The notes beneath the pieces were generated by a model. It was not told the origin of the DNA. It saw only the letters and a list, made by a program, of their open reading frames with translations, and did not search any database. From NCBI GenBank assembly GCA_963664705.1, contig OY761556.1, positions 1,760,001 through 1,824,000 on the forward strand: a stretch of 64,000 bases of DNA. The letters are read 5' to 3'. The position numbers were made by a program, and so were the translations under genes. This document shows, in pieces, positions 59,701-64,000 of this stretch. Origin of the DNA: Acidobacteriota bacterium (GTDB taxonomy: Bacteria > Acidobacteriota > UBA6911). Position 1 is the first letter of the stretch, and every line of letters begins with the position of its first letter.

Positions 59701-61901
59701 GCATATGTTTTATCGAATGCAAAGAACGGCACGACAATCTTTTGTTCGGAGTTTTCATCGGGAGAACCTGAAATGGCGGCAGCATTCGAGGCGGATGTCG
59801 CGAGAAGTCTTGGCTTTCCGCCGTCCACCAATTGCCAGAGAGATACATCGGCCGATTCCAAATTTCGGCCGGCTCGGTTCAGGCTGGTTCGAAGCAGCGA
59901 CTCGAATCGCAATGCAGCAACGACATGACCGCGAAGGCGTGGACCGTCCCTGGGTTCGGTGGGAGCATCGGATGTGTTGGCATACACGGGATAACAAACC
60001 AACGCGCCCTGTTGCGAGGAATTCCCCTGAATCAGTGTCAGCGCATCTGTCATGGTCGGCAGTCGGTCGACCTGCGCATCGGTGAGCGCATGATGGCGTG
60101 ACGATTCCGAACTCAGATCCAGGCCAATCGCAGCCTCATTTCCAGACAGTGGCTCCGCGTAGAGTACCGGGTGGTGTTCTGTTAGGGGTGTATTCATATC
60201 TGCAACAGGTTCATGGCTTAGTGAAAAGACCCGGAAGCGATCAAAACCTGCCTCTCGCCGTGTTTTGCTTTCAAAACCCTCTAAATCGGAATCTCTCACG
60301 CTGGGAACCCATTCCCATGCCTGGACCGCGGCCGATTGTGCCATGGGTAAGGCAAAGTTCCGGAATGTTTCGTGGTCTATAGCTTCATTGGATTTGATGA
60401 AGCGTGCGAGCCCAGGCAATTGGTCGTCGCGAATGGCCTGCAAAGCCTGGATGAGACTTCCCGTTTCAGCGTCGGCCAACTGGGAAAGAGCTTTGTGATA
60501 GGAATAGGAAACGGAAGTATGCACAAATAGCGCCGCGCCGACTGTGATTGTAAGGCCAATCACCGCGACCATGACCGCTTCGGTATAGCGATAGGATTTC
60601 CTGTATTTGGCGGGCATTTGCTGCCGTCTGGCCAAAATAACATTTCCCGCCAACAGAACAAGGATGAGCGCGAGTGTAATGGCAATAGGAATAAAACGCT
60701 GATTTTCAATCTTCTGGCGCCAGCCCGCGATGGGAAAGTCCATGCCGATAAGCATGATCACATTTCCGGTACGCCAGTCTATCACTGGAGCAAAGGCGGA
60801 AACAAAGGTCCCATACTCATCGGTATAGGGTCCGGCCGTTGTCGCTATTCCGGTGGAATAGATTTGATGCAATTCCTCGGGGGGCTTGTTATAGACGGCG
60901 CCTGGAGGCGATGCCAGCGGATCTCCCGGATCAAAGATTTCCGGGCCAAACACAAAATGGTTATTGCGCAGAGCAATGCTATAAACACTCCGGTACGACA
61001 TGTTTTTTGCATAGACACGCATCTGCTTGCAAAGCTGAATATAGCTGGGATTTGTGCGATCGGAGGAAGCAAACTGAAGATCCTTGGCCCGTCGCGGGTC
61101 GATCGTGCGGGCAATGGCATTGGCCTGCGATACGGAGTGAAGGCGCATTTGATCTTCAGCCGTGTGTCCGAGAATGCCGGCCGAGATCCATCCGGCCGTT
61201 ATCAAACTAAGCAACAATCCTGTGGTCAGTGCAAAGCGGCGCCAATTGAATGGTTCCTTGTTTCCGTATGGCCGTATGGTTCCTAATCCGAAAGCCACTG
61301 CACCCAGCAGGATCAGGCTTATAATCTCCCCCGGAAATCCCAAGATTGCACTGAAAGCACCGAGGTTTATTTGCGAGGCAGGGAAAAAAGAGGTGGCCGG
61401 CACTAATATCCCTTCCATAAACCCAAAAAGCAGGAATGCCACTGCGGTGATTCTAAGTCTGCGACGGTTTGAAATGTCATGATCCTGTGAAGCCAGCAGC
61501 AGGCTTCGCGCGGTTAACACTACACCGGGAAGTGCAATAAAATATCGATGGGCGGCAATCAGACCATCCGCGCCATATTTCAGTCCGAGGATCAGCAATC
61601 CTGCAGCCGGAATGAATGTAAGTCGGATCGCCAGCTTCCGGCATCGCTCACCCAGTCCGCTAAAGCCGGAATAGAGCAGAAATATATAGGCAAGACTTCC
61701 CAATGTGATCACGAACCAGGAAAGCAGTGGGGTTGGACTGCAGCCCAACGCAGTCAACACAAGAAACTCGCGGCAGCCGCCGGAAATGGCAAAGCCGATC
61801 AGCCATTTTCTTTGTGTTGCCTCAATCGACCGATGCCTGCTGACAAGAATGGCCGCAAGGATGAAGAAGGATAAACTGTATATAAAATGGACAATGTCCA
61901 T
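56727..61901 (-). CDS. Membrane hybrid sensor histidine kinase (TM/periplasmic sensor, CHASE-like, 3 PAS, HisKA, HATPase, REC, Hpt)
   Basis: FLANMSHEIRTPMNG, NAVKFT, DTGIG, GGTGLGL, LMDCQMP, AHRIKGAA; YTDEYGTFVSA and EPLSGNEAAIGLD sensor motifs. Confidence 0.93.
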   Translation of the reverse strand: MDIVHFIYSLSFFILAAILVSRHRSIEATQRKWLIGFAISGGCREFLVLTALGCSPTPLLSWFVITLGSLAYIFLLYSGFSGLGERCRKLAIRLTFIPAAGLLILGLKYGADGLIAAHRYFIALPGVVLTARSLLLASQDHDISNRRRLRITAVAFLLFGFMEGILVPATSFFPASQINLGAFSAILGFPGEIISLILLGAVAFGLGTIRPYGNKEPFNWRRFALTTGLLLSLITAGWISAGILGHTAEDQMRLHSVSQANAIARTIDPRRAKDLQFASSDRTNPSYIQLCKQMRVYAKNMSYRSVYSIALRNNHFVFGPEIFDPGDPLASPPGAVYNKPPEELHQIYSTGIATTAGPYTDEYGTFVSAFAPVIDWRTGNVIMLIGMDFPIAGWRQKIENQRFIPIAITLALILVLLAGNVILARRQQMPAKYRKSYRYTEAVMVAVIGLTITVGAALFVHTSVSYSYHKALSQLADAETGSLIQALQAIRDDQLPGLARFIKSNEAIDHETFRNFALPMAQSAAVQAWEWVPSVRDSDLEGFESKTRREAGFDRFRVFSLSHEPVADMNTPLTEHHPVLYAEPLSGNEAAIGLDLSSESSRHHALTDAQVDRLPTMTDALTLIQGNSSQQGALVCYPVYANTSDAPTEPRDGPRLRGHVVAALRFESLLRTSLNRAGRNLESADVSLWQLVDGGKPRLLATSASNAAAISGSPDENSEQKIVVPFFAFDKTYAITVNPGASFEIGNAQWSEIGMLLAGLLITATLTVFIGSQSNRHLLLELQVHARSSELREREQFIRNVIDSAMDSIVAFDKDLKYVLWNKQLEAVTDIPAHRVLGKQAFGPDAPVPTPISEEVILRVLSGETVVLPDLYVVVPDNGKTAWVSAVYSPQISSSGDIIGVIGVIRDITERKKAEDALRESEGLQRSLLSTLPVAVTVVDPKTRIIERANDHAVILSGVSIDNLVGRRCHQLICPAPDNACPVCDLNKDIDHSEREMLCADGSRLPILKTVKRIILNGQEKLLECFIDLSERKKAEELLIESQERLNQLISAAQDAIIMSDFQGNISLWNDSAARIFGYSKTEALGQNLHALLAPASYPPSCEEGVKTFWETGKGAAVGQTLELSAVRKDGCEFPVELSLAPLRIKGKWHAVGIMRDITDRKNAEQELRLANHRLEEAISRSSQLAEQAEQANQSKSAFLANMSHEIRTPMNGIIGMTKLLMKSSLPPEQHRFAELACSSAESLLAIINDILDFSKIEAHKLELEHVDFDLEAILSETSEILSVIAHTKNLDFKYQIDSNVLPFLNGDPTRLRQILLNLGGNAVKFTSRGEISIHVIQDYDFDHEIRLRFFVRDTGIGIPEDRVASLFSPFTQLDSSTSRKYGGTGLGLAISKELCELMGGAIGVESKEGLGSTFWFTAVFGRAQDSYAGRILPKKDTQNSSLTGLAEGSAQIRILLADDNDTNRMLMVAILEQLGLEAEAVTNGREVLDALARYDYNLILMDCQMPEMDGFESSRRIRQGEAGEQNKTLPIIALTAFATGKDRQSCLDAGMNDYLTKPIHPETLEKTIRRWTHGSSAPIAVSVKDSDKKAPAIIIPSGIPKDPSAQKVVKAFDRDSLLRRIGNNIALACKLKDAFLSDMPVQIDYLKTAMAKGDVQEISRLAHRIKGAAANMSCEAFRAVAQSLEKSATEVSSTAIAGMVADLEREFQITSQEISAAITESSQ

Positions 61902-62271
61902 ACTATTCCTGGCTTCGATCGCATCCGGATCTAAAAAGAAAAAGACGGATCGGGTTTAAGTGATTATTTGCTGGGATTGCTCAAGTTACACGCCCTCTGC
62001 TTCTCATCGGATCCGAGAGGGAAGGACTTTAGCTCCAGACTTGAGCGGTTTGAGAGAAACCTGAAAGGAATTCAGCGGGCTAGGTTTTCAGTCGGTAAGC
62101 CATGCAATCATTTGCAACTGATTTGCTTTACATCCAACTGTTTTTGGCGAGATACTTTCGCATGTCAGTTATTATGAACAGGCTGTGAGGATATAGGCTT
62201 CTCAGCAACACCATACCGTCTTTCAGCCCAAGCTGAGAGCCGTCAACCAGATTTATGCGGGAGGACACAGA

Positions 62272-62982
62272 ATGGCTGTCCAGAAAATATATTCCAATTG
62301 CGCCTCCGCCGTGGCGGATATTTTCGACGGCGCCGTCATCATGATCGGGGGATTCGGTTCTTTTGGAGGATTGCCCACGCACTTGATTATGGCTTTGGCG
62401 GAACAGGGGGCGAAAAACCTGACCGTTATTGCCAACCAGGGTGGTGTCGGGTTTGAGCTAAGCAAAAAGATAAAGCCGGGTGGGTATCCGGATATTGGCG
62501 CATTGTATGCCAAAGACCAGGTAAGAAAGTTTATCGGATCGGTTCCAGCCCTGGGTGGAATGCCTCCGAATTCTCCCATCGAGGTGGGTCATCGCGAAGG
62601 GAAAGTCGAGATCGAAATGGTTCCTCAGGGAACGTTGGCAGAGAGGATTCGTGCGGGCGCCGGCGGATTGGGGGGATTTTACACACCCACCGGTGTAGGG
62701 ACACCGGTGGAGGCTGGGAAAGAGAAGAAGATCATTAACGGCCGGGAATACCTTTTGGAATTGCCCCTGACCGCTGATTTTGCCTTAATAAAGGCTCACA
62801 AGGCGGACACGCTGGGAAATCTTGTGTATAGAGGGACGGCACGATGCTTCAATCCCGTAATGGCCATGGCTGCCAAAACGACTATCGTTGAAGTGGATGA
62901 GATTGTGCAGCCGGGCGAACTGGATCCGGAATGCATCGCCACCCCGCATCTGTTTGTGCGCCGTATCGTGGAGGTGAAATAA
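62272..62982 (+). CDS. 3-oxoacid CoA-transferase subunit A (ScoA/PcaI/AtoD type)
   Basis: IMIGGFG, PQGTLAERIRAG, FYTPTGVGT, KADTLGNL, FNPVMA. Confidence 0.92.
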   Translation: MAVQKIYSNCASAVADIFDGAVIMIGGFGSFGGLPTHLIMALAEQGAKNLTVIANQGGVGFELSKKIKPGGYPDIGALYAKDQVRKFIGSVPALGGMPPNSPIEVGHREGKVEIEMVPQGTLAERIRAGAGGLGGFYTPTGVGTPVEAGKEKKIINGREYLLELPLTADFALIKAHKADTLGNLVYRGTARCFNPVMAMAAKTTIVEVDEIVQPGELDPECIATPHLFVRRIVEVK

Positions 62983-63644
62983 TGAAGACGCGCCTTGATG
63001 AACAGACGATTGCTTTGAGAGTAGCCTGCGAATTTGAAGACGGCATGGTCATAAACCTCGGATACGGCATGCCCGGGCTTTGCGCCAATCTGATTCCGGA
63101 TGACAAGACCATTTATTTTCATGCGGAAAACGGAGTTCTCGGTTACGGATCGCTTGGAAACGATCAGGATAAGGATTACGAATTAATCAATGCCTCAGAC
63201 CAGCCCGTCATGCGAATGCCGGGGATGTGTTTCTTCGATAGCGCGGCTTCGTTTGACATGATTCGCGGCGGACATGTCGACCTGGTGGTTCTGGGAGCCT
63301 ACCAGGTATCAAAAAATGGAGATCTTGCCAATTGGGGACGTCCCGGAAGACCCGCCACCGGCATGGGCGGGGCAATGGACCTTGCTGCCGGATGCAGACG
63401 ACTGCTTGTAATGATGCTGCATACGACAAAGGAGGGCGGGGCTCGCATTGTCAACGAGTGCAGTTTTCCGCTGACAGCCAAGGGCTGCGTTCACAAGATC
63501 TTTACCGACATCTCGGTCATAGATGTCACAGATAAGGGATTGGTCTTGAGGGAGGTAGCTCCGGGTTGGACCGCTGCGGACGTTCAGGAACTTACAGAGG
63601 CCAAGCTGATCATTGCCGATGATTTGAAGGAAATGAGCTTTTAG
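62982..63644 (+). CDS. 3-oxoacid CoA-transferase subunit B
   Basis: NLGYGMP, HAENG (catalytic Glu), IRGGHVD, GDLANW, GMGGAMDL; TAATG coupling to subunit A. Confidence 0.92.
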   Translation: MKTRLDEQTIALRVACEFEDGMVINLGYGMPGLCANLIPDDKTIYFHAENGVLGYGSLGNDQDKDYELINASDQPVMRMPGMCFFDSAASFDMIRGGHVDLVVLGAYQVSKNGDLANWGRPGRPATGMGGAMDLAAGCRRLLVMMLHTTKEGGARIVNECSFPLTAKGCVHKIFTDISVIDVTDKGLVLREVAPGWTAADVQELTEAKLIIADDLKEMSF

Positions 63645-63662
63645 GTGAAGCCGCTGCAGCGT

Positions 63663-63698
63663 CACGAATTTCACGAGGCCATCCCCGTGAAATTCGTG
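63663..63698. terminator. Hairpin between convergent genes
   Basis: 13-bp stem cacgaatttcacg/cgtgaaattcgtg. Confidence 0.7.
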
Positions 63699-63713
63699 GT
63701 CCCTGCGCTGTTC

Positions 63714-64000
63714 TTAGTGCATCGACAGACCGCCATCATGAACAATCAACTGGCCCGTCACCAGTTTGCTGTCGTCGGTGGCCAGATATAAAGCCGTCCC
63801 AACAAGATCCTGTGGGTAGGTGGGGCGTTTGAAGCTGCGAAGCGGAATTTGCAGATCGTCGAGCGGCACACCGGGAAACTTTTTGTCTCGGTCAAACTCA
63901 TCGCCGCCTTCTGAATGCGTAAAGCCGGGGGCTATCGAGTTCACGTTGATATTATAATCTCCCAGCTCGCGTGCCATGCCGCGCGTGAGCGCAATCACAG
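63714..64000 (-). CDS. SDR, C-terminal part (5' end outside window)
   Basis: LTRGMARELG, VNSIAPG, VTGQLIVHDGG. Confidence 0.85.
   Translation of the reverse strand, partial: VIALTRGMARELGDYNINVNSIAPGFTHSEGGDEFDRDKKFPGVPLDDLQIPLRSFKRPTYPQDLVGTALYLATDDSKLVTGQLIVHDGGLSMH

Noticed and set aside
1-64000. CRISPR arrays, tRNA/rRNA, transposases, prophage or defence genes
   Set aside because: No spaced direct-repeat arrays, RNA gene signatures or recombinase/transposase motifs were seen by eye. Tm-1 similarity alone does not imply antiviral function here.

Overview
64 kb of bacterial chromosome at moderate GC, probably an anaerobic diderm. Evidence for this: a beta-barrel porin, a B12 mutase, a selenoprotein and DapL. 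Taxonomy cannot be fixed from the sequence. No rRNA, tRNA, CRISPR array or mobile element was recognised. Left to right: partial adenine deaminase, GNAT, ABC-2 exporter; a glycogen/glycolysis cluster (glgP, degenerate EAL-HDOD, glgC, pfk); HD-GYP regulator, amidohydrolase and SDR. Next is a ~20 kb co-oriented organic-acid catabolic cluster (16199-36472): 2 ALDHs, TRAP transporter, 2 SDRs, fused family-I CoA-transferase-like protein, 3 family-III CoA transferases, old-yellow-enzyme reductase, crotonase and MmgE/PrpD. It is built around a divergent glutamate-mutase-like B12 enzyme that keeps the carboxylate-binding arginines but has lost the amine-binding Glu. Then come dapL, thioesterase, an LTA-synthase-family protein, and a hidden UGA-readthrough selenoprotein (UxxC plus SECIS-like hairpin) that the ORF track splits in two. 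An MCP with a terminator in its leader and an alginate-export-type porin follow. Then a biotin-dependent carboxylase with an altered active site, flanked by two UPF0261/Tm-1-like genes; a hybrid kinase/PP2C/anti-sigma module; and a 3-oxoacid CoA-transferase. All comparisons with reference proteins are by eye from recalled motifs, not database searches.
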